Assembly: GCA_013387215.1 (NCBI GenBank)
Contig: WARW01000022.1
Span: 5,357-69,356 of the forward strand
DNA: 64,000 bases
DNA from: Patescibacteria group bacterium
Lineage (GTDB): Bacteria; Patescibacteriota; Microgenomatia; UBA12405
Reading direction: 5' to 3'
The notes below the pieces were generated by a model that was given only the letters and a program-made list of their open reading frames with translations, was not told the origin of the DNA and made no database searches. Below are positions 48,788 through 58,056 of the stretch, piece after piece. The position numbers and the translations under genes were made by a program. Position 1 is the first letter of the stretch; each line of letters starts with the position of its first letter.

Positions 48788-50268
48788 TCAGGAAGGTTTA
48801 GATTTAAATTAGTCATAGATCGGATTTCTTGTCTTCTAGACAATAATATAGTTCCTGGTGAAGAAGGATTATCGTCATTATAAGTCTTTATAGTTTGAGG
48901 AAAATAGGTAGCTTCAAAGAATCTTCCTGACTCTCCATTAGCATCATGGATACTTTGTGAGATTAAAGGCATTAGATTTCTTTTGGCTGCTTCTTTGGCA
49001 AGAATTTCATAAGCTGGATAGTATTTAAATGTTCCAACAATGTTTTCAGTAAATTTTGGATAGGTGTACCAATAATATTTTACAAAATCAAAATAATTTA
49101 TGGCTATAAGAACAAATATCGAAAGAGTGGACAATTTTCCAAGTAATTTTTTATATTGCCAAAGTGTAATAATGCCGAGTGTGGATAACAAAGAAAACGA
49201 TGGGATTATAGCCATAATACGACTAGCGCGATGTACTGAATTAACAAACCCGTAAAATAAAGTTGAAGTAAAAAATATAATTAATATCAGTTTCCAAAAA
49301 TTATTTTTTTTGACAGATTGATAACAGCCGATGACAAAAAATGGCAATGTGGCAAGCAAAAACATTCCATGACGTTGAGTAGAATGATAAAGCGTGTCGT
49401 CACCTTTGATAAATAAAAAGGTTGGGTCGAAAGTTGAAAGATAGGGATAGAAAAATTCATAAACACTACTTAAATGAACACTCATGTTATCGAAAACTGC
49501 TCCTGGATATTTTTGCTGAAGAATAGGAATAATAGCAAAAAATGGAAAAATAGATATAGAAAAAGCAAAAGCATCATAAAAAAATTTTTTAAAATTGAAC
49601 TTAGGTAAAAAGTTTAGTGATAACAAATATACAATTGAAGCTATTCCGCAAATTGGTACAGTTGCTCTCATGCCTTTATAAGTGTAAAAACTGATTCCTA
49701 GAGAAATAGCGGAATATATTAAATGCTTTCTTTTATTATTTTGAGTAAACAATAAGAGACCAATGAGCCAAATTATTACGAATGGAATGGGCATGATATT
49801 ATCAAGTCCCATGTGAGATTGGATCATAATTAAAGGTATAGTTAAAAATACAAAGAACGATAAAAACGATGCTTTAATGCTGCTAAATAAGCGATAAGAA
49901 AGAAAAAACAATAAAATAGAGCTGGTGATAGTTATCAAAACGCTGCTTAAACGAAGATTAAAAATTGATGCGCCAAAAAATTTAAAAAATACAGCTAAAT
50001 AATATTGCGTAACTGGCTGGCGCCAATCTTTACCGTCTATTGAAAGAACAAAAAAAGGCAAAAATCGGCCATTCTGATCATGACCGTCTTTGGCTAATAA
50101 GGTTGCATTATATCCAAAAGCAGCTTCATCAACAGTAAGACCGGTTGGTACCTGCATTACTCGATATGAAAAAAAGATAGTAATAAATATGGATAATGTT
50201 AAAAGTGATAGAACCAAAACCAAAATTCTTTTATTTATTTTTTGAAAATGTTTTTTAGCTTTTGCCAT
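48766..50268 (-). CDS. GT-C ArnT/PMT-like membrane glycosyltransferase
   Basis: LTVDEAAFGYNATLLAKDGHDQNG, DWRQP, NLRLSS and FLFIKGD. Start is 50268 or 50283. Confidence 0.86.
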   Translation of the reverse strand: MAKAKKHFQKINKRILVLVLSLLTLSIFITIFFSYRVMQVPTGLTVDEAAFGYNATLLAKDGHDQNGRFLPFFVLSIDGKDWRQPVTQYYLAVFFKFFGASIFNLRLSSVLITITSSILLFFLSYRLFSSIKASFLSFFVFLTIPLIMIQSHMGLDNIMPIPFVIIWLIGLLLFTQNNKRKHLIYSAISLGISFYTYKGMRATVPICGIASIVYLLSLNFLPKFNFKKFFYDAFAFSISIFPFFAIIPILQQKYPGAVFDNMSVHLSSVYEFFYPYLSTFDPTFLFIKGDDTLYHSTQRHGMFLLATLPFFVIGCYQSVKKNNFWKLILIIFFTSTLFYGFVNSVHRASRIMAIIPSFSLLSTLGIITLWQYKKLLGKLSTLSIFVLIAINYFDFVKYYWYTYPKFTENIVGTFKYYPAYEILAKEAAKRNLMPLISQSIHDANGESGRFFEATYFPQTIKTYNDDNPSSPGTILLSRRQEIRSMTNLNLNLPDYFLQTR

Positions 50269-51047
50269 TTTTGACCAGACCATAAAATGGAGGTTAAAAT
50301 GTAATGATTTAGGTAGCCATGATATTTAATACTACTTGGGATAAGACGCCGCCACTGATTGGATGCTGAAGCGAGTTTGGAACCGCTTGCACCATGCCGA
50401 TGAATTACTTTACAGTCTGGAAAATAGACAATATTTTTGTGTTGTTGGTGAATGCTGCGGCAAAGATCCATGTCTTCAAAATAGAAAAAATATTTTTCAT
50501 TCCAACCGCCAATTTTTTCAAAAAAGTCTTTTTTAATCAATATTGCCCCACCTGAAATTGACCAAACATTTGCCAATTTTAAGGGTGAATATTTTGAATA
50601 TGATGGAATGCTTAACCAATATTCCTTAATAGCATTAAAAATTGTTTGGGGAGGAAAAACAGATGCTTGAGTTGTTAAGTCAATATTTAGAAATTTTGGA
50701 CCGATAGCTCCAATTTCAGGATTCTTTTTTATATATTCAAACATTAATTCAAGACTTGAGTCGATAAATTCCATGTCAGAATTTAAAAATAAAAGATATT
50801 CCCCTTCTGCTTTTTTAACACCAATGTTGTTTGCTTTTGAAAAACCAAGATTAGCTTTATTTTCGACAATTTTAAGATGGCCGATTTTATTTAGTCTGGC
50901 GACAGTGTCATCTTCAGAACCATTATCAACAACAATTATTTCATAATTTATATGTTCTATATATTTTTTAATTGTTTTTACACATTTAATGGTAATATCG
51001 GCAGTATTCCAAGTTACTATGATAATACTTAAATCGAATTTGGTCAT
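50235..51047 (-). CDS. Glycosyltransferase family 2 (WbbL/rhamnosyltransferase-like)
   Basis: SIIIVTWN, VDNGS, NLGFSKANN, LNSD and YFEDMDLC. Confidence 0.92.
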   Translation of the reverse strand: MTKFDLSIIIVTWNTADITIKCVKTIKKYIEHINYEIIVVDNGSEDDTVARLNKIGHLKIVENKANLGFSKANNIGVKKAEGEYLLFLNSDMEFIDSSLELMFEYIKKNPEIGAIGPKFLNIDLTTQASVFPPQTIFNAIKEYWLSIPSYSKYSPLKLANVWSISGGAILIKKDFFEKIGGWNEKYFFYFEDMDLCRSIHQQHKNIVYFPDCKVIHRHGASGSKLASASNQWRRLIPSSIKYHGYLNHYILTSILWSGQKWQKLKNIFKK

Positions 51048-53323
51048 CTTTTTTTATTAATAAACAAGGTAAATCCGAGTATAAAATATATACCAACAAA
51101 TAGGCAGGTAATAGTTTTACCTTTCTGAAAACTATCAGGAGAATAATATATATTAATATTATTATTCCCTGCAGGAACCGGTATTGATTGAAATGTTTGA
51201 TTATATATATTTACCGGAATATTTTTTGAGTTTAACTGTGCCTTCCAACCGGTATCCCAAGTATTGGTCAAGATTATATTATTAGGAACAGAAGAGGAAT
51301 AGGAAATTAAAATTTGATTTGGTTGATAGCTGATAACGTTTATACTTGATTTAGAATCTGAATTGTCTGAAAATCTGAAGCGTGGTTGAAATTTTTGGTT
51401 TTCCAAAAGAACAATATTGTTTTCTTCATCAACCTTTTTCCAGTCTTTAATGTTAATTTTTGGATTAAGAAATGTGCCATCGGAAGTGATTTTGTATTGC
51501 TTGTCGTATTTAAAAGCGATTAAATAGCGAACATTAGCTTCACCAAGCTTTTGGGCATCAAAATAATCTAATTCAGAGTATCTTGAGCTATTAGAACCGA
51601 CTGGAGCGAAGTTTAGTGTTTGGTTATAAAAAGTAGTATATCTGTCAAAAGCTAGTGGTTCGTAACCCGAGGTGCTTTGTAATCGATAAGCAGCCCAAGT
51701 GTTTGGAGGAAGCAGAGCCCCCCTTTCTTTTTCTACTCTAAAAATACCGGGTTGTTGTTTTAAATAGTCAATTATTGGTGTAGATGGATAGACTAAATTT
51801 TTATTAACAAACGGAATATATTTCCAGCCAAATCTAAAAAGATCAGCAACCAAAATAATTAGAATCAAAACTTTACTTATATTTTTATTCTTAAATAAAA
51901 CAATAGAAAGTGAAATTGAAAATAAAATCAGACAAGGAACAAACATGTTTCTAAAAGCTATGTTTAGATTTGTAAACAGAGTTTGATTAAAGTCTGATTG
52001 TGTTTTTAAAACATGCTTAATTATAAAAATCATTAATATCGATATGGCAACAAATGCAAATAAACCCCAATAGTAGCGAATAAAATCTTTAATTTTTATT
52101 AATTTCAAATTATTTATGAAATATGAAGTTAAAACCGCAATGCAAAAGGTAAAAATAATTGTAGTTCTGCCAGCGGCGCTTGTTGAAATAGCTGGAACTT
52201 TCATAATATAGATTAATTTCCCAACAGGATTGTTTGTTACAAGCAATAAGGAAAGAATTGAGAAAATAACAAAAAACTTTTCATTAGTTATTTTTTTAAA
52301 ATTAAAAATACAAAAAATTAATGCCATTAAACCCAGAACACTGGCATATAAAATTGTTTCGTTGTAATCAAAAAATCCCCAATAATTAAACGTAGTTGGA
52401 TTGCCAAAAAAATCTGGAGCAAAAAGAGTTATAAGTTTTCCAATTGGAAGTAATCCATAATTTTGACTTTCAATAAAATTTTCACTGTATCTTATTGAGT
52501 TTTTTATAAGATCAAGAGTTGGCAGAATTTGGATGGCCATTAAGCCAATGCCCGTTATGCATACAGATAAAAAAAGAATAAGTGGTTTTACAACATTTTT
52601 TTTATGTAAATTAAATAATCTCCATAAAAAATAGGAACCAGAAATAAACGATCCAAAACAAAATAATTGTATATGGCCAGCAGCCATTAATAAAAATAAT
52701 AACAGTGGAAATGGAATTAAATATTTTGTATTTTTAGTTTGAAAATATTTTTCTATAAATAAAAACAACAAAGGAAGCCATAATAAAGAATACCCAGTGG
52801 TACCGTATAAAAGCCAAACAATTGAAAAACCACTGAAAGCATAAACTACAGATCCTATAATGGAACTTAATAAGTCTCTTTTAAGAGTTCTTAAAAAGAG
52901 ATACATAGTAAACAAGGAACCTATAGTTTGGCAGATTATTAAGTAGTTCCAACCTTGTATATTTCCAAACCAAACCATTAGGTAGTTGAACGGATTAAAA
53001 ACACCAGAATGAAAATCAGCAAGGATTGGAATGCCTGAATATGAATATGGATTCCAAAGTGGAATTTTGAAATTTTTGAAAGATTCCGCTATTAAACTTT
53101 TTTCAATGTAATTTATGGAATATACATCTGAAATCAAAGGATTTTTTACTGGAACACCGACTGCATATCCCCATTTTTGATTAAGCCAAGGATAATATGC
53201 ACCAGTCAACATATCTCCAGGAAAAGGAGATAATCCTTTAATAAATGTTTTCCAATAAAATAAAAAAGTTAAAGTAAAAAAGATGATAATAGCCACAAAA
53301 CCAAAATATTTTTTTATCTTCAT
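51044..53323 (-). CDS. YfhO-family GT-C membrane protein
   Basis: PLWNPYSYSGIP, AGHIQ, QILP and GYEPL; C-terminal PNQI...WDTGWKA...GNNNI..YSP domain. Confidence 0.87.
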   Translation of the reverse strand: MKIKKYFGFVAIIIFFTLTFLFYWKTFIKGLSPFPGDMLTGAYYPWLNQKWGYAVGVPVKNPLISDVYSINYIEKSLIAESFKNFKIPLWNPYSYSGIPILADFHSGVFNPFNYLMVWFGNIQGWNYLIICQTIGSLFTMYLFLRTLKRDLLSSIIGSVVYAFSGFSIVWLLYGTTGYSLLWLPLLFLFIEKYFQTKNTKYLIPFPLLLFLLMAAGHIQLFCFGSFISGSYFLWRLFNLHKKNVVKPLILFLSVCITGIGLMAIQILPTLDLIKNSIRYSENFIESQNYGLLPIGKLITLFAPDFFGNPTTFNYWGFFDYNETILYASVLGLMALIFCIFNFKKITNEKFFVIFSILSLLLVTNNPVGKLIYIMKVPAISTSAAGRTTIIFTFCIAVLTSYFINNLKLIKIKDFIRYYWGLFAFVAISILMIFIIKHVLKTQSDFNQTLFTNLNIAFRNMFVPCLILFSISLSIVLFKNKNISKVLILIILVADLFRFGWKYIPFVNKNLVYPSTPIIDYLKQQPGIFRVEKERGALLPPNTWAAYRLQSTSGYEPLAFDRYTTFYNQTLNFAPVGSNSSRYSELDYFDAQKLGEANVRYLIAFKYDKQYKITSDGTFLNPKINIKDWKKVDEENNIVLLENQKFQPRFRFSDNSDSKSSINVISYQPNQILISYSSSVPNNIILTNTWDTGWKAQLNSKNIPVNIYNQTFQSIPVPAGNNNINIYYSPDSFQKGKTITCLFVGIYFILGFTLFINKKR

Positions 53324-54199
53324 TTATTCTTCAAAAAGTTTAAAGATCTCTTTATCCGTGAGTTTTGGAAATACGATAGGTGCTGGATATTTTTTTATTT
53401 GTCTTTTAGCTGCTAAAATAATTTTTATATAATTTGGACCTGATAATACTCTACCAAATAATGATAGTTTATTAGATTTCAAAAGTTCTTTGTCAGTTAT
53501 GTTTCGCCAAACGTTTAAAAGTCGATTTCTTTCCTTGACATAATTTAAAAGTGATTTAGAAAATTTTGACATAGTAGCTTCATGATGATGTTCAATGATA
53601 CATTTTGGTTCCCATAAAAGTTTATAACCAGATTTCCAAGCTCTATATCCAAGATCAAGATCTTCCGAATAAAATGGTTCATAAACTGGATCAAATCCAC
53701 CGAGTTTAGTGAATATGGATTTTCTAATTATTGAGCTGCCACCAGAGACCCAAGCTGATATATGAGTATTACTAATATTTTTACCTGGTTCGTGTTGCAA
53801 GTATCCTTTTTTCCAAAAAATTTTGGCATAATTTTCATGGTTTTTTTCGGAAAAACCAACACCAAAAACTAATGGATCATCAAAATGTTTTAAAGCATTA
53901 GAAATATAGTTTTTTTCAGGGTTAATATCATTATTAAGCAAAACAACCAATTCACCTTTGGCTTGTTCTACTGCTCTATTGGAATTTTTTCCAAAACCTA
54001 AATTAACATCAGTTGAAAGAATTTTTAATTTTGGATATTTCTTTTGAAGCGACTGGGCAATCTCAAGACTGTTGTCTTGAGATGCATCATCGGCCAAAAT
54101 TACTTCTTGGGCTTCAGGGCTAGATGTAATTATTTTTTCGAGATTTTTTTTGAGAAGGTCTTTCCCATTCCAGTTAGTGACGATTACAGAAATTTTCAT
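53324..54199 (-). CDS. Glycosyltransferase family 2
   Basis: VTNWNG, DDASQD, LLNND, GGFD and EDLDLGYRAW. Confidence 0.92.
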   Translation of the reverse strand: MKISVIVTNWNGKDLLKKNLEKIITSSPEAQEVILADDASQDNSLEIAQSLQKKYPKLKILSTDVNLGFGKNSNRAVEQAKGELVVLLNNDINPEKNYISNALKHFDDPLVFGVGFSEKNHENYAKIFWKKGYLQHEPGKNISNTHISAWVSGGSSIIRKSIFTKLGGFDPVYEPFYSEDLDLGYRAWKSGYKLLWEPKCIIEHHHEATMSKFSKSLLNYVKERNRLLNVWRNITDKELLKSNKLSLFGRVLSGPNYIKIILAAKRQIKKYPAPIVFPKLTDKEIFKLFEE

Positions 54200-54202
54200 G
54201 AA

Positions 54203-55384
54203 CTATTTTTTGATTATAGAAATAAATTGTTTTTCAAAATTCTCTTTCGAAAACTTTTGACAAATTTTTAGAGATTCTTTAGACATAGATTTAATTAAAT
54301 CTTTATCGTTTATTAATTTATTAGTATAAGAAACCAACTCGTCAATTGAATTCCACAAATAACCGCTAACTCCATTTTCAACAATTTCAGGAATACCACC
54401 TTTTTTAATAACAACAGGAACAAGACCGGAAATCATTGCTTCAACAATAGTAATTCCGAAATGTTCTGTGTTTTGAGGATTTTTCATTTCATCAACTTCG
54501 TATCCAGCTGCGTGCCAATAAATTGAAGAAAGAGAATAGATATTTTTTAAATCAGAAAAGTTAGGGTTGATAACAAATTCTACTGGAAGGTCGATTGCTT
54601 TTTCTTTAAGACATTTTAAATATGAATTATTGGAAGGATCAGTAATGCTTCCTCCAGCAAGAACTAGTTTCCAATCTTTGGTATGGTGTTTTTCATGAAG
54701 AAGTCTGAAGGCATCGATTAAGACATCCTGTTTTTTAGCATTTAAAATATTATCAAAGCGACCAACTGAAAGAATTATGTTTTCTTTGTCTGAATTGTTT
54801 TCAAATTTATCTATGTCGACTGGTGGATATATCACTTCTACTTTATTCTTATATGTTTGACTTTGGAATTTAGCCGTAAATTTAGAATTACAAATTACAT
54901 TTTTAATTAGTTTTAGTTTGAAGAAATCAGATACAGTGCGTTTTAAATTATTTGAAGAAGTAAAAGGTACTTGAACATGAAGAATATTATTCTTTGAAAA
55001 TAGAAATGGTGTACTGCCATCACTTAGATAGAACATTAAGTCGTATTTTTTAGTAGTATTGTATTTTTCTAAAATATTGAGAATTTTATGGTTTATTTTT
55101 TTAGGATTTACAGAATGATCAATTAATTTTAAAAGATTTTGTTTTTCTTCAATCAAATCGATGTGTTGTGGTTTGACACCAAAAATATCAGGGACTATAT
55201 TAAGGTTACTTAAATCTAGAGAGAACCTCTCTTGTGCCATTTCAATTAATTTTTGATTACCAGACCAAAAAATATCAACTTGATAACCATTTTTTAAAAG
55301 AATTTCGGCAACTGTAAGTACATACCTTTCTCCTCCGCCAAGTGTATCTAGATATGGATCATAGATAGCAGCTTTTTGTTGCAT
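54203..55384 (-). CDS. Glycosyltransferase family 4 with ALG11-like motifs
   Basis: YDPYLDTLGGGERY, NSKFT, VIYPPVD, SVGRF and EHFGITIVEAM. Confidence 0.9.
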   Translation of the reverse strand: MQQKAAIYDPYLDTLGGGERYVLTVAEILLKNGYQVDIFWSGNQKLIEMAQERFSLDLSNLNIVPDIFGVKPQHIDLIEEKQNLLKLIDHSVNPKKINHKILNILEKYNTTKKYDLMFYLSDGSTPFLFSKNNILHVQVPFTSSNNLKRTVSDFFKLKLIKNVICNSKFTAKFQSQTYKNKVEVIYPPVDIDKFENNSDKENIILSVGRFDNILNAKKQDVLIDAFRLLHEKHHTKDWKLVLAGGSITDPSNNSYLKCLKEKAIDLPVEFVINPNFSDLKNIYSLSSIYWHAAGYEVDEMKNPQNTEHFGITIVEAMISGLVPVVIKKGGIPEIVENGVSGYLWNSIDELVSYTNKLINDKDLIKSMSKESLKICQKFSKENFEKQFISIIKK

Positions 55385-55397
55385 AATTTATATTACC

Positions 55398-56192
55398 TTA
55401 AATTTTATTATTTTGCTTTTGTTGAATTTCCCAAAGACGGGCATAAATTATAAAAGTATCAAAAGATTCAAAAATTGCTGATATCCAACCAACTGTCCCA
55501 TCTTTCCACATTTTTTGTTTAATCAAGCGTTCATATAATTTGGTAATCATCATTCGTATGATTCTCCACCAAACTATCGGAGGATGATTACTTTTGTAGA
55601 GAGCCTGAGCTTCCATATCTGTCCAGACTAAGGTCTTATTTATCATAGATGATAAATCGCGATGTGTGTAATGGAGCAAGTCAGATTTTAAGTAGCTTAG
55701 AGGTCCTTCAACAATCGGTTCTTCATGGAGTATACCTTGGTATCCTTTAAAATATTTTTTTTGATAAAGCCTTTTGACATAATCAGGATATGAGCCGCCA
55801 TGTCTGACTCTTTTTCCTAAAAAATAGTTAGCTCTGGGAATTACATAATAAGCTGATGGATTATTTTTTTTACTAATAGCAGATAAAATTTCAGTTTTTA
55901 AAATTGGAGTAATTCTTTCATCAGCATCGATGTACAAAATCCAGTCTTTTGTAGCATTCTTATACCCTAAATTACGCCATTTTGTGAAGTTTTTATTATA
56001 TTCGTCGTTGGTTTTAACTATTTTTATTTCAGGAATTGTTGTTTTTGCTAATGAAACAGTATTGTCAGATGAGTTGGCAGCAACCATAACAATTTCATCA
56101 GCCCAGTCGCAAGATTTTAAGCAATCCACTATCATTTTCTCTTCATTTCCAGCGATGATAACGATTGAAAGATTATTCGATTTCATTGCCAA
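55398..56192 (-). CDS. Glycosyltransferase family 2 (WaaE/KdtX-like)
   Basis: IAGNEE, WILYIDADER, YPD and LHE. Confidence 0.9.
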   Translation of the reverse strand: MAMKSNNLSIVIIAGNEEKMIVDCLKSCDWADEIVMVAANSSDNTVSLAKTTIPEIKIVKTNDEYNKNFTKWRNLGYKNATKDWILYIDADERITPILKTEILSAISKKNNPSAYYVIPRANYFLGKRVRHGGSYPDYVKRLYQKKYFKGYQGILHEEPIVEGPLSYLKSDLLHYTHRDLSSMINKTLVWTDMEAQALYKSNHPPIVWWRIIRMMITKLYERLIKQKMWKDGTVGWISAIFESFDTFIIYARLWEIQQKQNNKI

Positions 56193-57103
56193 CTTCCTTT
56201 AGCAGTTTTATTAATATAAAAATCAATAATAGCTTGTTTTTTCCACTTTGATTCGGAAGATAAAAGCATTTTTATGGATTCACGAAATAAGGCAAACTTA
56301 GCTCTTAAATTAGCGTAGCGAAAAGCGAATATTAATCTGTTTCTAGTTATAAAATAGTTATGGAGTTCTCCGCCACTTTTTGATGAGCCTGCATTAATGT
56401 GCCAGATAACAGATTTGGGAATATAAGCTAGTTCGTAGCCTTTTAGTTTTGCTTTTTGGCAAAAGTCGACATCTTCAAGATACATGAATAACTTTTCGTC
56501 TAGAAGACCAATTTCGTTAAATATTTTAGATTCAATAAGCATGCAGCAACCACTAATAAAATCAATCGAAGTGTTAATTTGATCAAATTGTCCTTTATCG
56601 ACTTCATCAACGCCAATATTACTTCCAAGGATATTATCCCAATCCATTTGTCCACCTGCTGCCCAGATAACTTTACCACGTTCACTTTTTTTATATCGAT
56701 CATAATGATATTCAAAGCCTGGAGCAAAATATATTTTTGGACCTAGAATTTTATATGATGGGTTTTTTTGAGCAGAAGAAAATAGATTTTCTAAAAAATT
56801 TGGATCAACAAGAACATCATTGTTGATCAATAAAACATAATCAAACTCTTTTTTTAGAGCGAAACGAATTCCAAAATTATTACCTCCAACATAACCAAGA
56901 TTTTTTTGAGTTTCCAAAATAACTACGTGTTTATTTTTTTCGTAACAATCAGTAAATTGTTTTAGTGAATCATCAGCTGAACCATTATCTATCAATAATA
57001 TTTGATAATCAAAAGATGGATGTCTAATTTTTAGAATTGAATCAACAGCATCAATGGTTAGTTGCGGTTTTTGCCAATTTAGGACAATGATGGCTATTTT
57101 CAT
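56183..57103 (-). CDS. Glycosyltransferase family 2 (rhamnosyl/galactofuranosyltransferase-like)
   Basis: IVLNW, DNGS, NLGYVGGNN, LINND, GCCML, YLEDVDFC and YFITRN. Confidence 0.92.
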   Translation of the reverse strand: MKIAIIVLNWQKPQLTIDAVDSILKIRHPSFDYQILLIDNGSADDSLKQFTDCYEKNKHVVILETQKNLGYVGGNNFGIRFALKKEFDYVLLINNDVLVDPNFLENLFSSAQKNPSYKILGPKIYFAPGFEYHYDRYKKSERGKVIWAAGGQMDWDNILGSNIGVDEVDKGQFDQINTSIDFISGCCMLIESKIFNEIGLLDEKLFMYLEDVDFCQKAKLKGYELAYIPKSVIWHINAGSSKSGGELHNYFITRNRLIFAFRYANLRAKFALFRESIKMLLSSESKWKKQAIIDFYINKTAKGSWQ

Positions 57104-58039
57104 TTAAAAGTTTTTTGTAAAAAAATTAAGCCAATGCCTTATTTTCATAAAAAATTTCTTGAAAATATTTGGTGAATATTCTTTTTGAAAAAATTTTGTA
57201 AACCAAAAACTATATTCGAAAGTTGTTTCTAGACTTGCAGAAACGAAAGATTCTTTTTGAAGAGGTTTGTCGGTTGAACCTTGTTTTTCCCAAAGACGAA
57301 TATACACCAAAGCTATGGCAAAAGCTTGTAATACACAAAAAATTAAACCATGGATTCCATCTTTATAGCCTTCGGAAAAGAAAAAACGGCTGTTAAACTC
57401 TTGGATTGGTTTTAAAATAAAGTCGCTGGTTTTGATTTTATAATCCTGAGCTTTTAATTCGTCAGCCTGAATTCCGCTATATCTTATGGCACGTAATACA
57501 AATTGAGTGACCGAAGTGTAGTTTTCGTGGTTTATGGCAAGCTTTTCTGAATCTAAAAGAGTCAAGCAATTGCCTTTTACGGTTGGTTGGCTATGAATTT
57601 CTTTTTTCCAAGTAACTGAGCCCTTTTTAAAGAATCGGATTAAATAATCAGGCCAACAATTGGAATGTCGGATCCATTTGCCAAAAATTATATTTTTTCT
57701 AGGAATTTTTACGTAATCAACATCATTCCTTTTGGTAATGCTTGATAATTCTTTTCTTAAAGATTTATTCAAATACTCATCTGGATCGAGTAATAAGATC
57801 CATTTTCCTGATGCTTTGGAAATAGCAAAATTTCGAGCTGGTTCAACAAAATGCATGAACCGGTATGGGTAGACTTTAGCACCAGCATTTGCGGCAACTT
57901 TAGCGCTATCATCGGTGGAATGCATATCTACAACTATAATTTCATCTGCAATGTTTTTAATAGAACGGAGACACTTAGCTAATGCTTCAGCCTCATTTCG
58001 TACGTTTATTACGGCAGAAATTAAAGGTTTTTTAATCAT
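57104..58039 (-). CDS. Glycosyltransferase family 2 (WaaE/KdtX-like)
   Basis: VRNEA, DMHSTD, WILLLDPDE, WPD and IHS. Confidence 0.9.
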   Translation of the reverse strand: MIKKPLISAVINVRNEAEALAKCLRSIKNIADEIIVVDMHSTDDSAKVAANAGAKVYPYRFMHFVEPARNFAISKASGKWILLLDPDEYLNKSLRKELSSITKRNDVDYVKIPRKNIIFGKWIRHSNCWPDYLIRFFKKGSVTWKKEIHSQPTVKGNCLTLLDSEKLAINHENYTSVTQFVLRAIRYSGIQADELKAQDYKIKTSDFILKPIQEFNSRFFFSEGYKDGIHGLIFCVLQAFAIALVYIRLWEKQGSTDKPLQKESFVSASLETTFEYSFWFTKFFQKEYSPNIFKKFFMKIRHWLNFFTKNF

Positions 58040-58056
58040 AAATTAAATATAGTTTA

